A DNA stretch of 62,683 bases, the filler included, from a bacterium (GTDB taxonomy: Bacteria > JACRDZ01 > JAQUKH01): the NCBI GenBank assembly GCA_028719205.1. It is 3 parts of 3 records of this genome, joined end to end, with 100 filler letters (N's around TTAATTAATTAA, not from the genome) between each part and the next. Parts side by side here need not be neighbours in the genome. Positions count along the whole stretch, not along the records: positions 28,051 to 54,335 come from JAQUKH010000034.1; 2 more parts are not named here. The stretch is one strand, 5' to 3'. Positions 28,051 to 38,688 of the stretch are shown here, in pieces. The notes beneath the pieces are model-generated. The model was not told the DNA's origin. It did not search any database and worked only from the letters and a program-made list of their open reading frames with translations. A program made the translations under genes and the position numbers. Each line of letters opens with the position of its first letter. Positions within the stretch are counted from its first letter, which is position 1.

Positions 28051-31000
28051 ATTATAAAGCGGCGGGGTTATTTTGTTTCAGGAAAATTTGATCTATACCA
28101 GAAAAATATTCCCTATAGCGCTCTTATCCAGAGCTTAAGAAATTTAATCAGGACCTATTTAACGGAAAGCGATAAACGGGTTGAGACCTGGAAAGATAAA
28201 ATTTTAAGAGTACTGGAAACCAAAGGAAAAGTAATAACAGATGTTATACCTGAACTGGAAATATTGATTGGTATCCAACCGGAGATCCAGCCGCTCCCCC
28301 CCGTGGAGGCAAGAAACCGGTTTAATGATCTTTTTGGAAAATTTTTGGCATGTTTGGCCAATGAAGAAAATCCGCTGACGCTTTTTATTGATGACCTTCA
28401 ATGGTGTGATACCGCGACCTTTGATTTTTTAGAGAGTTTATTTTTCAATTATAAAGACTACAAATATCTTTTTTTTATAGGCGCTTACCGCCATAATGAA
28501 GTGAATTCAAGCCATCCCTTAACAAGATTGGTCCACGATATTAAAGAAACTAAAGGCCCGCTAAAAGAAGTGAGGCTTGGCCCCTTAGATTCCCGTCATT
28601 GTCATGAAATGGTATCTTATATACTGGATTCTTCGCTTGCGCATACAAAGGAATTATCTAATTATATAGCTAACCTTTCAGAAGGAAATCCTTTATTTGT
28701 CAGCGAAATATTATCATATCTCAATAATGAAAAGTTGATGTTTATGGATAAAAGCAGGAATTGGTACTGGGATCTTAATAAAATAAAGCAGTCCAATATG
28801 CCTTCCACGGTTGTCGCGCTTTTCAGTTCCAAAGTCCAGAAATTGCCGGATCACACCAAAGAACTGCTTGAATATTGCGCGTGTATAGGAAACCATTTTC
28901 TTCCAAGCGAAATTTCTACCGTGAAACAAATAACACTGCTGGATACTTTTGAAATATTAAAACCTGCGTTAGCTCAGGGACTTCTAATGGAAGGCAAAGA
29001 TGACCTGCAGTTTGTCCATGACCGCGTGCAGGAAGCGGTTTTAATTTCAATTAATTCGCAAAAAAGAAAGGAACTGCATTGGAGCATAGGAACCCATTTA
29101 TTGTCTGTAATTCCCAAAAATACTGATTATGAAAAACTCGATAATCTTTTTTCTATAACCGCGCACTTAAATCTGGGTTTGCCGGAAATATTAGAACCGG
29201 AAACCAGGTATCAAATCGCGGGCATAAATTACAAGGCAGGCAATAAAGCATTAAGTTCATTAGCTGCAGAAGCCGCGAATGAATATTTTAAAGCGGCAAA
29301 AGATTTATTGCCGGATAATTGCTGGAAAATCCGATATGAAGAGGCATTTAAAGTTTATAAAAAACTGGCAAAAACAGAATTAATGTGCGGGAATTACGAT
29401 AAGTCGGAAAAACTGCTTAATCAACTGCTTAAAAACGCGAAAAGTGATCTGGATAAGGCTGAATGCCTCGCGGAACAGACGACCTCGCTTTCATCGATCG
29501 GGAATTTTATTAAGGCAATAGAAACGGCTAACAGGGGATTGGCATATTTTGACAAATCGATCCCGATGAGCGCCGGTAAAGCGGAGCAAAAAAGAGAAAA
29601 ATTGATGAATCTTATAGAGTCTAAAAAAATTGATATCTGGAATAAGATCCTTAACATGCCGTTTACTAACGAAAGAAAAAGCAAAATAGAGCTGGCTTTT
29701 TACAGTGAACTTATTCCTGATCTTTATATGTCGGGCCTGGTGCCGCAGTTATATCTTTCCGCGGTGCAATCGACGGAAAACTGTTTGCTCGGAGGTATGG
29801 ATGAGTCGGTAATATATTCTTTCAGTATTATGGGGCTTTATCTTGGAGAAAAAGGCGATTTTAAAAAAGCGTTCAAATATGAAGACCTGGCCTATAATTT
29901 ATGCGAGAAATATCCTAATACTTTCGGTGCCACGCGCGGAATGAACGGGATCGTGTGGTGCAATATGCATTCAAGGAGCCACCCTGAAGAAATAATTAAT
30001 TATTGCCTGAAGTCCATCCAGTGCGGGAAAAATTCTGGGGACCTTTATAACGCGGGGCTCTCATACGGCCCGTTAATGTGGAATTTGCAGGTGCAGGGAA
30101 ACAATATGCTGGAAGTTGAGAGATACGCGAATGAATGCCTGGAATTTTCCAATAAGTATCATTTATATTTTTCTGTTCATTTAGCGGAGGCGATGCAGGC
30201 GTCATGGGTGGAACCTATGAAGAAAAATTACACGCCTGTTCCAATGGAGCGGAAAATAAAACAATGGGAAAAGGAAAATCATATCGCGTCGGTGGGAAGT
30301 TATTACGCGCATCTGGGGATCAACCATTATTATTTTGGAGAATACGAAAAAGCCGAGGAAAATCTTTTGGCAGTTAAAAAGTATCTGACAGGTTTAACGG
30401 ATAATGTCCTTAAACGGCAATGGCATGTTTTTCTGGTGCTTAACGCGTTAAGGCTTCACGAAAGGAAGATCAAATATAAAACAAAAAGGAATATACTTTC
30501 ATATATTCAACCATTAATAAAAAAGATAGAAACTTGGGCGCAATTAGGCCCTTTACTTAAGCCGTATCTGGCTCTTATTTATGCTGAACTTAAACGAATC
30601 ACCCAGGATCTGGAGGAATCAAGAAATTTATATTTTGACGCGATCAATATTGCCAATCAAAACAGATATGTCTTTTTAGAGGCGTATCTGCATGAATGTA
30701 TAGGAGAGTTTTCAGGGGCAAATAATAATTTATCCAGGATTTTCATTAAAGAGGCAGGACGTTTGTATAAAAAATGCGGCGCGGGGCGGAAAGAGATATT
30801 GATAAAAGAAAAATATCCCGGGTATTTTGAGGATGAAATAGTTTTAGTTCCAACCGCTGTATCAGAGCCTGCTTTTGCTCTTCCGAATATTGATGTAAAT
30901 TATCTTATAAAATCCAGTTTGATCATTCCCGCTGAGACAGAAGAGCAGGTAGTTTTGCATAAAATTATGAATGTTGTTCTGGAAAGTTCCGGCGCCCAGC

Positions 31001-32157
31001 ATGGATATTTAATTATGGGAGAAAATGGCGAATTGATCATACGCGCGGAAAGCCATATAGGTGAAAAAGATAAAGTAAAAACACTTAATCAGAAATTTGA
31101 AAGCTGCCAGAATTTATGTCACGCGATTGTCCGTTATGTTCATCGTACAAATGAAATGGTGATTCTTGAGAACGCCTCTGAAAAAGGAGATTTTAAGGAT
31201 AATCCCGAAGTCCTGGAAATGAAAATGAAATCAGTTCTATGTCTTCCAATAATAAAACAAAACAGATCTATCGGGATATTATATCTTGAAAACCGTTTAT
31301 CGGATTCAGTTTTTACAAAAGAAAGGACGGATCTGACAAAATTATTTACTTATGAGGCCGCGGTTTCTATTGAAAACGGGAGATTACTTGAAAAAATGAG
31401 GCTGGTGGAAGATGAACTTCGCCGTCATCGTGAAAATCTGGAAGATATGGTTAAAGAGCGGACCGAGCAATTGCAGAAAACACAGGAAAATCTGCTTATC
31501 GCGGAACGCCTGGCTTCTCTCGGAAAACTGGCAGGAAGTATTTCACATGAAATAAGGAACCCTCTTAATGTTATCAGCACCTCGGCATATTATCTTAAAA
31601 TGAAGCTTGATACAAAAGATGAACGAATAAAACAGCGGATTGAATTTATTGAGTCTGAAGTAAAAAAAACGCTTTCTATTATTGATACAATTTTAAGCCT
31701 TTCAGGTTTGAAAGAACCCCGGAAGGAACGTATAGGTATTATAAGCGTTTTAAATGATGCTGTTCTTGATTCGAAGATACCCGATACTGTTGAGGTGGTT
31801 AAAAATATGCCGCCGGAGGAAATTATCATAAATGCGGATGAGGATCAATTCAATATAGCGTTTACAAATATTATTAAAAACGCGCTGGACGCGATGGATA
31901 AGAAAGGAAAACTTACATTAGGGATTAAAAAAACAGATAATGAGAAGGTGGAGGTATCCTTCGGGGACACAGGGGCGGGTATAGCGTATGAAAATATTAA
32001 TAAGGTTTTTCAGCCTTTGTTCACCACAAAAGCGCGCGGTTTCGGATTCGGGCTTTCAATATGTAAAATGATCGTAGATAAGCATAATGGAAAAATTGAA
32101 ATTAAATCTGAAAAAGGTAAAGGGTCAACAGTTACATTAATATTTCCTTTAGGGTGA
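28051..32157 (+). CDS. 5'-truncated AAA(STAND)-TPR-like-GAF-histidine kinase (Ser/Thr kinase-ATPase-HK family)
   Basis: Frame open from 28051 (GYFVSGKFDLYQKNIPY), FIDDLQWCD, GNPLFV, FVHDRVQEA, GAF (SVLCLP, GILYLEN), SHEIRNPL, GFGFGLSIC. Confidence 0.9.
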   Translation: MIKRRGYFVSGKFDLYQKNIPYSALIQSLRNLIRTYLTESDKRVETWKDKILRVLETKGKVITDVIPELEILIGIQPEIQPLPPVEARNRFNDLFGKFLACLANEENPLTLFIDDLQWCDTATFDFLESLFFNYKDYKYLFFIGAYRHNEVNSSHPLTRLVHDIKETKGPLKEVRLGPLDSRHCHEMVSYILDSSLAHTKELSNYIANLSEGNPLFVSEILSYLNNEKLMFMDKSRNWYWDLNKIKQSNMPSTVVALFSSKVQKLPDHTKELLEYCACIGNHFLPSEISTVKQITLLDTFEILKPALAQGLLMEGKDDLQFVHDRVQEAVLISINSQKRKELHWSIGTHLLSVIPKNTDYEKLDNLFSITAHLNLGLPEILEPETRYQIAGINYKAGNKALSSLAAEAANEYFKAAKDLLPDNCWKIRYEEAFKVYKKLAKTELMCGNYDKSEKLLNQLLKNAKSDLDKAECLAEQTTSLSSIGNFIKAIETANRGLAYFDKSIPMSAGKAEQKREKLMNLIESKKIDIWNKILNMPFTNERKSKIELAFYSELIPDLYMSGLVPQLYLSAVQSTENCLLGGMDESVIYSFSIMGLYLGEKGDFKKAFKYEDLAYNLCEKYPNTFGATRGMNGIVWCNMHSRSHPEEIINYCLKSIQCGKNSGDLYNAGLSYGPLMWNLQVQGNNMLEVERYANECLEFSNKYHLYFSVHLAEAMQASWVEPMKKNYTPVPMERKIKQWEKENHIASVGSYYAHLGINHYYFGEYEKAEENLLAVKKYLTGLTDNVLKRQWHVFLVLNALRLHERKIKYKTKRNILSYIQPLIKKIETWAQLGPLLKPYLALIYAELKRITQDLEESRNLYFDAINIANQNRYVFLEAYLHECIGEFSGANNNLSRIFIKEAGRLYKKCGAGRKEILIKEKYPGYFEDEIVLVPTAVSEPAFALPNIDVNYLIKSSLIIPAETEEQVVLHKIMNVVLESSGAQHGYLIMGENGELIIRAESHIGEKDKVKTLNQKFESCQNLCHAIVRYVHRTNEMVILENASEKGDFKDNPEVLEMKMKSVLCLPIIKQNRSIGILYLENRLSDSVFTKERTDLTKLFTYEAAVSIENGRLLEKMRLVEDELRRHRENLEDMVKERTEQLQKTQENLLIAERLASLGKLAGSISHEIRNPLNVISTSAYYLKMKLDTKDERIKQRIEFIESEVKKTLSIIDTILSLSGLKEPRKERIGIISVLNDAVLDSKIPDTVEVVKNMPPEEIIINADEDQFNIAFTNIIKNALDAMDKKGKLTLGIKKTDNEKVEVSFGDTGAGIAYENINKVFQPLFTTKARGFGFGLSICKMIVDKHNGKIEIKSEKGKGSTVTLIFPLG

Positions 32158-32161
32158 AATT

Positions 32162-33589
32162 ATGTTATTAGAATTTTTTACCTTTAATTTAGACCTGGTT
32201 TTCTTTGTTTACGGCCTGGCATTTTATGTTATGGGTGTGGCAATCCTGATACAGCCGCGAAAAGAAGAAAGCGTTTTTAAACTGGCGGAATTCATCTGGC
32301 TGCTGGGTGCTTTTGGAATAAGCCATGGGGTAAATGAATGGCTGGACATGTTTATTCTTGTAAAAAGATTTGAGTTAGGAATATGGCATATAATACGTAT
32401 GGCAGTTCTGACTGTATCATTTGTATTTTTATTTGAATTTGGACGCAAATTAGTTTCGCTTAATATTAATAAATTGTTGAGCGGGTGGATCACAGTTTGT
32501 TTGTGCGCGGTTACAATCGTTTTTATTTTTACGTTCAAGGAAGATCCAACTATCTGGCCGAGATATTTTTTAGGCCTCCCGGGCGGGTTAATGTCAGCTT
32601 TGGGTTTTTTCTGGTATCAACAAAAGAACAAAGATGATTGTGAAAAATTTGGTATCGGCAAATATTTTTTATGGGCAGCCGCTTCAATGGGACTTTACAG
32701 TATTTTTACGGGAATTGTTGTTCCAAAGGGAGGTTTTCCCCCGGCATCCTTCATAAATAACACATCTTTTTTAAATTTTTTTAATATCCCTGTCCAGGTG
32801 TTACGGGCTGTTTGCGCGGCCGCAATATCGCGCGCTATCTGGAACATATTGAGTGTTTTTAACCGCGAAATTATCAGTGACCTGAGAGAAAGTTTAGACA
32901 AATTAAAACACTCTGAAGATCTCGTTACAATGGGAAAATTCGCGGGCATAATGGGGCATGAATTCAGGAACCAATTGGCTGTTATGAAAAGCTCTTTGTA
33001 TTTTATTGATATGAAATTCCAGGGAGTAGATGAAAAGACAAAACACCATTTGGAAACCTTAAAAAAGCAAATTACAGAAACGGATAATATTATTGAAGAC
33101 ATTTTGATGTTTGCCAAAGGCAGACAGATAGATTTCAAAGACGTGAATTTGAAAAATATCATATTACACAGCGTTAGCGCGATTCGAAATTCAGAAAAAA
33201 TAAAAATAATTATAGAAATTGATAAAGATCTGCCGATTATAAAGGGCGATGAAATAAAACTTGACAGATGTTTTGTAAATATTGTTTTAAACGCGGTACA
33301 GGCGATGGAAGACGGCGGAAAATTACTTATATCAGCCGATAAAACAGGCAATTTTATCAATATTATATTTAAAGATACCGGATGCGGCATAAAAACACAG
33401 GATAAGGAAAGGATTTTTGAACCGTTTTTTACAAATAAGAAAGGCGGGACAGGGCTTGGCCTTTCTACCTGCAGGATCATTGTAGACGCGCATAAAGGCC
33501 ATATTGATGTTAAGAGTGAAGTTAATAAGGGGACAACAGTTAAAATAACGCTTCCTATCATTCAAAATTGGAAAGGAGATAAATTTTAA
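32162..33589 (+). CDS. Membrane-integral sensor histidine kinase
   Basis: N-terminal ~7 TM (FFVYGLAF, FGISHGVNEW), GHEFRNQL, NAVQAM, GTGLGLS. Confidence 0.9.
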   Translation: MLLEFFTFNLDLVFFVYGLAFYVMGVAILIQPRKEESVFKLAEFIWLLGAFGISHGVNEWLDMFILVKRFELGIWHIIRMAVLTVSFVFLFEFGRKLVSLNINKLLSGWITVCLCAVTIVFIFTFKEDPTIWPRYFLGLPGGLMSALGFFWYQQKNKDDCEKFGIGKYFLWAAASMGLYSIFTGIVVPKGGFPPASFINNTSFLNFFNIPVQVLRAVCAAAISRAIWNILSVFNREIISDLRESLDKLKHSEDLVTMGKFAGIMGHEFRNQLAVMKSSLYFIDMKFQGVDEKTKHHLETLKKQITETDNIIEDILMFAKGRQIDFKDVNLKNIILHSVSAIRNSEKIKIIIEIDKDLPIIKGDEIKLDRCFVNIVLNAVQAMEDGGKLLISADKTGNFINIIFKDTGCGIKTQDKERIFEPFFTNKKGGTGLGLSTCRIIVDAHKGHIDVKSEVNKGTTVKITLPIIQNWKGDKF

Positions 33590-33948
33590 TGGAAAAATTA
33601 AAAGTTCTTATAGTAGATGATAATGAAAGGTTTTGTAATAATATGGTGGATATCCTGGAATTAAAAGGTTATGGAATTAAAGGTGTTTACGATGGATTTC
33701 AGGCCATTGAAGCAGTCAAAAAAGAAAAATTCGATATAGTGCTTATGGATATTAAAATGCCCGGTTTAAGCGGTGTAGAAACTGCGAAGATGCTAAAAGG
33801 TATTGTTCCTGGCCTTAATATTATTATGATAACGGCCTTTGCGGATGATATTGCCTTTAAAGAGGAATTAGTAAATGCCAACCTGAAGATCATGCAGAAG
33901 CCTATGGATATTGATGTTTTATGCGGTATGCTGAAAACTATATCGTAA
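33589..33948 (+). CDS. Single-domain response regulator
   Basis: IVDDN, LMDIKMPG, MITAF, QKPM. Confidence 0.92.
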   Translation: MEKLKVLIVDDNERFCNNMVDILELKGYGIKGVYDGFQAIEAVKKEKFDIVLMDIKMPGLSGVETAKMLKGIVPGLNIIMITAFADDIAFKEELVNANLKIMQKPMDIDVLCGMLKTIS

Positions 33949-34003
33949 ATCCTTCAGTGTTTAAATGAAATAAATCCATATTAATATTTTCCAGGGGGGG
34001 ATA

Positions 34004-34972
34004 ATGAATAAAATAATATCTAAAATAATTTTATTAAGTATTGTTTTTATAATTATTTTATTTTTTTCTAACGGGACAATAGCAGAGAAAAAAAGGATAG
34101 GTATACTTCAGTGGAGTAATGAATCGCGTTACAGCGATTCTAAAGAAGGTTTTCTGGAACAAATGAAAAAGGAGGGATTTTCAGAAAATGAAGTGGAATT
34201 TATAACAGAGCTGGCTGACGCGAATAAAGTAAAAGCGATGAAAATAGCCCAGAAGTTTGCGGCTGATAGATTAACGATGTACTATACTATCGGCACCTCC
34301 GCGGCTGTGGCCCTCTCCAATGAAATAAAAGATTTACCGATCATTTTCAGCACGGTGTATGATCCAGTGGAATCAAAAATAGCTTTAGGTTTGCAGAGTT
34401 CAGGCAATAATAACACCGGGTCCAGTTCTTATGTCCCCATGTCGCAGATCCTGGAAACTTTAAAAAAATTAAAAACCATAAAAAATATAGGGATTCTATA
34501 TACTCCGGGGCAGAGTAATTCTGAGGCGCAATTAAAAAATCTTCAGAAACTGGAGCAGGAATTTAAAGTAAAAGTAATACCTATCCCGATCAAAACAAAA
34601 GGCGAAGTGTCTAATGTTTTAACTTTTGCGGCAGGAAAAGTGGATGCTGTTTATGTCTCCGGAAGCGGAATTATGGATGAAACTATTCCGGAAATAGTGG
34701 AAATAACCTCAAAATATAAAATAATCACTTTTACACATCTGGAAGACTCTGTAACAAAAGGCGTATTATTTGGTTTAAGCGCGGATCCCAGAGAAATGGG
34801 CCGATTGGCAGGTAAAAAAGCGGCTTTGGTATTGAGAGGCGCTAAACCTTCGAATATACCCATCGAGCCGTTAAAAAATTTTAATGTCGTGCTCAATATG
34901 AAAACCGTAAGAGCAGGACAATTTAATATACCGCCTGATTTTATGAAATTGGTAACAAAAAAAATTGAGTAA
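34004..34972 (+). CDS. ABC-type substrate-binding protein (PBP1/ABC_sub_bind), no permease adjacent
   Basis: Signal peptide, IGTSAA, PIIFSTVYDPV, GNNNTG, GAKPSNIPIE. Confidence 0.85.
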   Translation: MNKIISKIILLSIVFIIILFFSNGTIAEKKRIGILQWSNESRYSDSKEGFLEQMKKEGFSENEVEFITELADANKVKAMKIAQKFAADRLTMYYTIGTSAAVALSNEIKDLPIIFSTVYDPVESKIALGLQSSGNNNTGSSSYVPMSQILETLKKLKTIKNIGILYTPGQSNSEAQLKNLQKLEQEFKVKVIPIPIKTKGEVSNVLTFAAGKVDAVYVSGSGIMDETIPEIVEITSKYKIITFTHLEDSVTKGVLFGLSADPREMGRLAGKKAALVLRGAKPSNIPIEPLKNFNVVLNMKTVRAGQFNIPPDFMKLVTKKIE

Positions 34973-34973
34973 T

Positions 34974-37076
34974 ATGCTGATAAAAAAATTTCAGGAAAGC
35001 CTGCAGTTCAAATTTGTAAGTTTAGCTTTGGCCATCACCGTGTTTGGCGGTATTATCGCGAGCCTGGTCCTCGTCAGCGGCGACATTAAGCTTCTGAGAA
35101 AGACCCTGTTGACTAAGGGCTACAGTTTCGCGAATTATATAGCTGAGATCGGCCAGGATTCGTTAATTTCCAGGGATTATCTCCGGCTTGATGATATAGT
35201 CAGCGCGATCAATCATGACCCTGAAGTGGCTTACGCTTTTATCAAAGATAATAACGGCCGGATAGTTACATCTTTTTTTGCCAGCTTAAATATGAATATG
35301 CCGGAACTTAAAAAAATATTATCCGGTATGCCCGCGGATGCTGATGTTGAGGATACGATAAAATCCATTAAAAATAAAGCTGTGATAAGTGAAATTTCTT
35401 TTCCAATTGCCATAGAAAATGAAACCGTAGGCAAAATTTTTATCGGCATGTCAGAATACGATATAAGGCAGCAGATAAAAAAACTTATTGCTTACATTAC
35501 TATGGTTTCTATTTTTATTTTTATCTTTATTCTTTTTTTATTGATAATATCCCAGGGAATACTTACTAAACCTGTAAAAGATCTGGCGGTTTTAATGACC
35601 GATATTTCTGTAAAAAAGGATTATTCTATAAGGGCCGCAGTTAGACGTAAGGATGAAATAGGGTTATTATCCAGCTGTTTTAATTATATGTTAGAGCAGA
35701 TACAGAAACGCGATGCGGAACTTGAGTCTCATGGATTGGATCTGGAAGATAAAGTTGCAAAACGCACGGAAGAATTATTAAGCGTGAATGAGCGGCTTCA
35801 GAATGAACTGTCTGAACGTAAAATAATAGAAGGAAAAATGCGGAATTTGATGGAGGAATTAAAAGAAGTCTCGATAAGGGACAGTTTAACCAAACTTTAT
35901 AACCATGGATATTTCCGGGATGCCCTGGATAATGAATTTTCCCGCGCCAAAAGATACGGGCACAACGTAACCTGCCTGATGCTTGATATTGATTATTTTA
36001 AGAAAATAAATGATACCTACGGCCATTTATTCGGGGATAAAGTTCTTATTGAAGTCGCTAATTGCTTAAAAAAGTGCGTCAGGGAAAGCGATATTTTAGC
36101 CAGGTATGGCGGGGAGGAATTCAGTATTTTACTTATTGAATCGGATTATGAAAAGGCGTTAATGGTTTCGGAGAAGATAAGGAGCTATATTGAATCCTAT
36201 AATTTTAAGGACGCGGATATTTCCGTTAAATTAACTGTAAGTATTGGTTTGTCCTCTTTACTTGAGGATGCAATACTGGACAAGGAAAAGTTTCTGGGAT
36301 TTTCCGATCTGGCCCTTTACGCGGCAAAAATAAACGGGAGAAATAATATTGTTATGCATAAGGATATTAAAGATGCCGCGGTGATTGAAGATATGAAGAT
36401 AAAGAATATAGAAGATAAGATTTTTGAGGTTGAAGAGGTTTCCAGGCAGTCTTATCTGGAATCTATCAGGATGTTAATAACGACGTATGAGAAAAAAGAC
36501 CCGTACATGCGAGAACATTCTTTAAATGTTTTCAGATATGTTTTTATGATAACTGAAGAGCTCAAGCTCCCCGCGAGTGAAGCCGCGGTTATCGGCAACG
36601 CGGCTATTTTACATGATCTGGGAAAGATCGCGATCCCTGATGATATTATGTTCAAAAAAGGAGAATTATCCGAGGAAGAGTATTCTAAAATAAAAGAACA
36701 TCCGGTAATAGCTTTTAATATATTGAGGAAGTCCACTTATGTAAGGCGGGAGCTGGATATTATTTTACACCACCATGAATGGTTTGACGGCAAAGGTTAT
36801 CCGATCGGCTTAAAAGGCAGGCTCATTCCTCTGGGAGCCAGGATCATTGCTGTTGCTGACAGTTATGACGCTATGAAGAGTTTTAGAACTTACAGGAATA
36901 ATGTTACACCTGATACTATTATAGATACTCTGGTGGAAAAGGCAGGTACTCAATTTGACCCTGAAGTAGTTTATGCTTTTATAAACAGTCTTGATAAAAA
37001 CGGATTATGGCCGTCAACGATGGATATTAATCAAAGATTAATAAAATTAAAACGCCTCGCCAAAAGTTACAAATAA
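34974..37076 (+). CDS. Membrane sensor HAMP-GGDEF-HD-GYP protein (start ATG 34974; TTG 34965 possible)
   Basis: Two TM, HAMP, RESD..RYGGEEF, HDLGK, HHEWFDGKGYP, ADSYDAM. Confidence 0.92.
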   Translation: MLIKKFQESLQFKFVSLALAITVFGGIIASLVLVSGDIKLLRKTLLTKGYSFANYIAEIGQDSLISRDYLRLDDIVSAINHDPEVAYAFIKDNNGRIVTSFFASLNMNMPELKKILSGMPADADVEDTIKSIKNKAVISEISFPIAIENETVGKIFIGMSEYDIRQQIKKLIAYITMVSIFIFIFILFLLIISQGILTKPVKDLAVLMTDISVKKDYSIRAAVRRKDEIGLLSSCFNYMLEQIQKRDAELESHGLDLEDKVAKRTEELLSVNERLQNELSERKIIEGKMRNLMEELKEVSIRDSLTKLYNHGYFRDALDNEFSRAKRYGHNVTCLMLDIDYFKKINDTYGHLFGDKVLIEVANCLKKCVRESDILARYGGEEFSILLIESDYEKALMVSEKIRSYIESYNFKDADISVKLTVSIGLSSLLEDAILDKEKFLGFSDLALYAAKINGRNNIVMHKDIKDAAVIEDMKIKNIEDKIFEVEEVSRQSYLESIRMLITTYEKKDPYMREHSLNVFRYVFMITEELKLPASEAAVIGNAAILHDLGKIAIPDDIMFKKGELSEEEYSKIKEHPVIAFNILRKSTYVRRELDIILHHHEWFDGKGYPIGLKGRLIPLGARIIAVADSYDAMKSFRTYRNNVTPDTIIDTLVEKAGTQFDPEVVYAFINSLDKNGLWPSTMDINQRLIKLKRLAKSYK

Positions 37077-38138
37077 GCCCTGTTGATCTTCAGTAATTCC
37101 AAAGTCAACTCTTACCTTCATTAAAGAATCGGGAGGGAGCCCGAACCTTAATCCAAATCCGTATGTGCTTTTTATTGACCCAAACTCAGGGTATGCCACG
37201 TCTCCCGCGTCGCAGAATATTGCCATAGATACGACTTTATCCAGCATTCTCCGGTATTCTCCCTGTAAAGCGTAATATTTTGGTCCGATAAAACGGCCGA
37301 AAGAGTAACCGCGAAGCTTGTCAGAACCACCTAATTTATACATAAACGGGAAGCTTGGATCGTTATTTGAATATCCTCCTGAAAGTTTAAAGGCAAAAAC
37401 ATTTTTAAACAATATCATTTTGAAATACCTTATGTCCATTTCAGACTGAAGACAATCTGTTAGATTGGTATTAGAACTTAATTCCTGAGGAATGTATTTA
37501 AATGAAAATTTAATATATTTTCCTTCGTGTGTGCTGAATATATTATCGCGATTGTCAAAAACAGTGTTTAATCCAAAGCTTATTGTTGTTTCATCGTCGG
37601 ATGTGTTAATATGCGCATTGCCGTTAAAATCTTTTTCTTCCCAGGATTCCAGGTCAAAAAACGGGCCGTACGAGAAATGAGGAGCAGTTTTATAATAAAA
37701 TCTGGTTTCCAGAAAATACCTGAATACATCTATCTGTTTTTCATCTTCTAATTTGGTGTTGTTGCCCATTCCATAATAAAATACAGGGAAGTTTGAAACA
37801 GCGGTTGATATTTCATATGTGAGAGGGGTTCTGGATAATTTCTGGTAGTCTAAGGACAAGGTCAATCCTTTGTTTGTGCTTCCCATGAACTGGGTGCCCA
37901 GATAATAACCTGGTTCTTTGGGCGTGTAAAAAAAATACGCGCCTCCAAGGATTAGCTTATCGGTTGGATTAAAACCAATAACCGGGGATATGGATCTTGT
38001 ATCTTTTTTTTCTTTGATCAGGCTATATCTGCTTTCTTCAATGCTGTAATTTTCTGAAACTTCAGTTCCTTCAGCATAAACGGAAATTCCGAAAAAAGAA
38101 AAAAATAAAATAAAAAGAGGAATAAAATATTTTTTCAT
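37047..38138 (-). CDS. Omp85/BamA-TamA-like barrel lacking POTRA domains
   Basis: Signal peptide, DNRDN, LGGSDKLRGY, EYR, GFGLRF, RVDFG, C-terminal GEAF. Confidence 0.8.
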   Translation of the reverse strand: MKKYFIPLFILFFSFFGISVYAEGTEVSENYSIEESRYSLIKEKKDTRSISPVIGFNPTDKLILGGAYFFYTPKEPGYYLGTQFMGSTNKGLTLSLDYQKLSRTPLTYEISTAVSNFPVFYYGMGNNTKLEDEKQIDVFRYFLETRFYYKTAPHFSYGPFFDLESWEEKDFNGNAHINTSDDETTISFGLNTVFDNRDNIFSTHEGKYIKFSFKYIPQELSSNTNLTDCLQSEMDIRYFKMILFKNVFAFKLSGGYSNNDPSFPFMYKLGGSDKLRGYSFGRFIGPKYYALQGEYRRMLDKVVSMAIFCDAGDVAYPEFGSIKSTYGFGLRFGLPPDSLMKVRVDFGITEDQQGLFVTFGEAF

Positions 38139-38229
38139 TAAATTTATTAATTATAAAATCGACAGTATATCAAAAAATTGGTAAAATTAAAAGTACATTT
38201 GATATAATGAAAAATAAAAGGAGATCAAA

Positions 38230-38688
38230 ATGTTATTAGAGAAGATCAATAGTGACATAGTTGAAGCAATGAAAGCAAAAGATAGTCTGAGAACTGAAAC
38301 CCTGCGGATGGTGAAATCAGCCTTAAATTACGTTAAAATTGAAAAGAAGAAAGAAATATTGGATGATGAAGATGTTTTAGCAATAATCTCAAAACAGGTA
38401 AAACAGCATAAAGAATCCGTGGAAAGCTTTGAAAAAGGCGGGCGAGCGGAACTCGCGGATAAAGAAAAGAAAGAATTAGTGATCCTGGAGAGTTACATGC
38501 CTAAACAGATAAGCCATGAAGAAGTAAACAAGATAATTAAAGAAACAGTCCGGGAAGTCGGGGCAGCAGGCAAAAAAGATTTCGGAAAGGTAATGAAAGC
38601 TGTTTCCGCGAAGCTTAAAAATCAGGCGGACGGTAAAGTAGTCAGCCGGATAGTCGGGGAAGAATTAAGCAAAATAGAAAATGCCTGA
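38230..38688 (+). CDS. GatB/YqeY domain protein
   Basis: AMKAKD..LR, KQHKESVESFEKGGR, YMPKQ, DFGKVMK, ADGK. Confidence 0.93.
   Translation: MLLEKINSDIVEAMKAKDSLRTETLRMVKSALNYVKIEKKKEILDDEDVLAIISKQVKQHKESVESFEKGGRAELADKEKKELVILESYMPKQISHEEVNKIIKETVREVGAAGKKDFGKVMKAVSAKLKNQADGKVVSRIVGEELSKIENA

Noticed and set aside
28051-28263. Pseudogene or unusual N-terminus of the STAND kinase; likewise the short nadX and O-antigen ligase
   Set aside because: Frames are open right up to the gaps, so these are contig truncations
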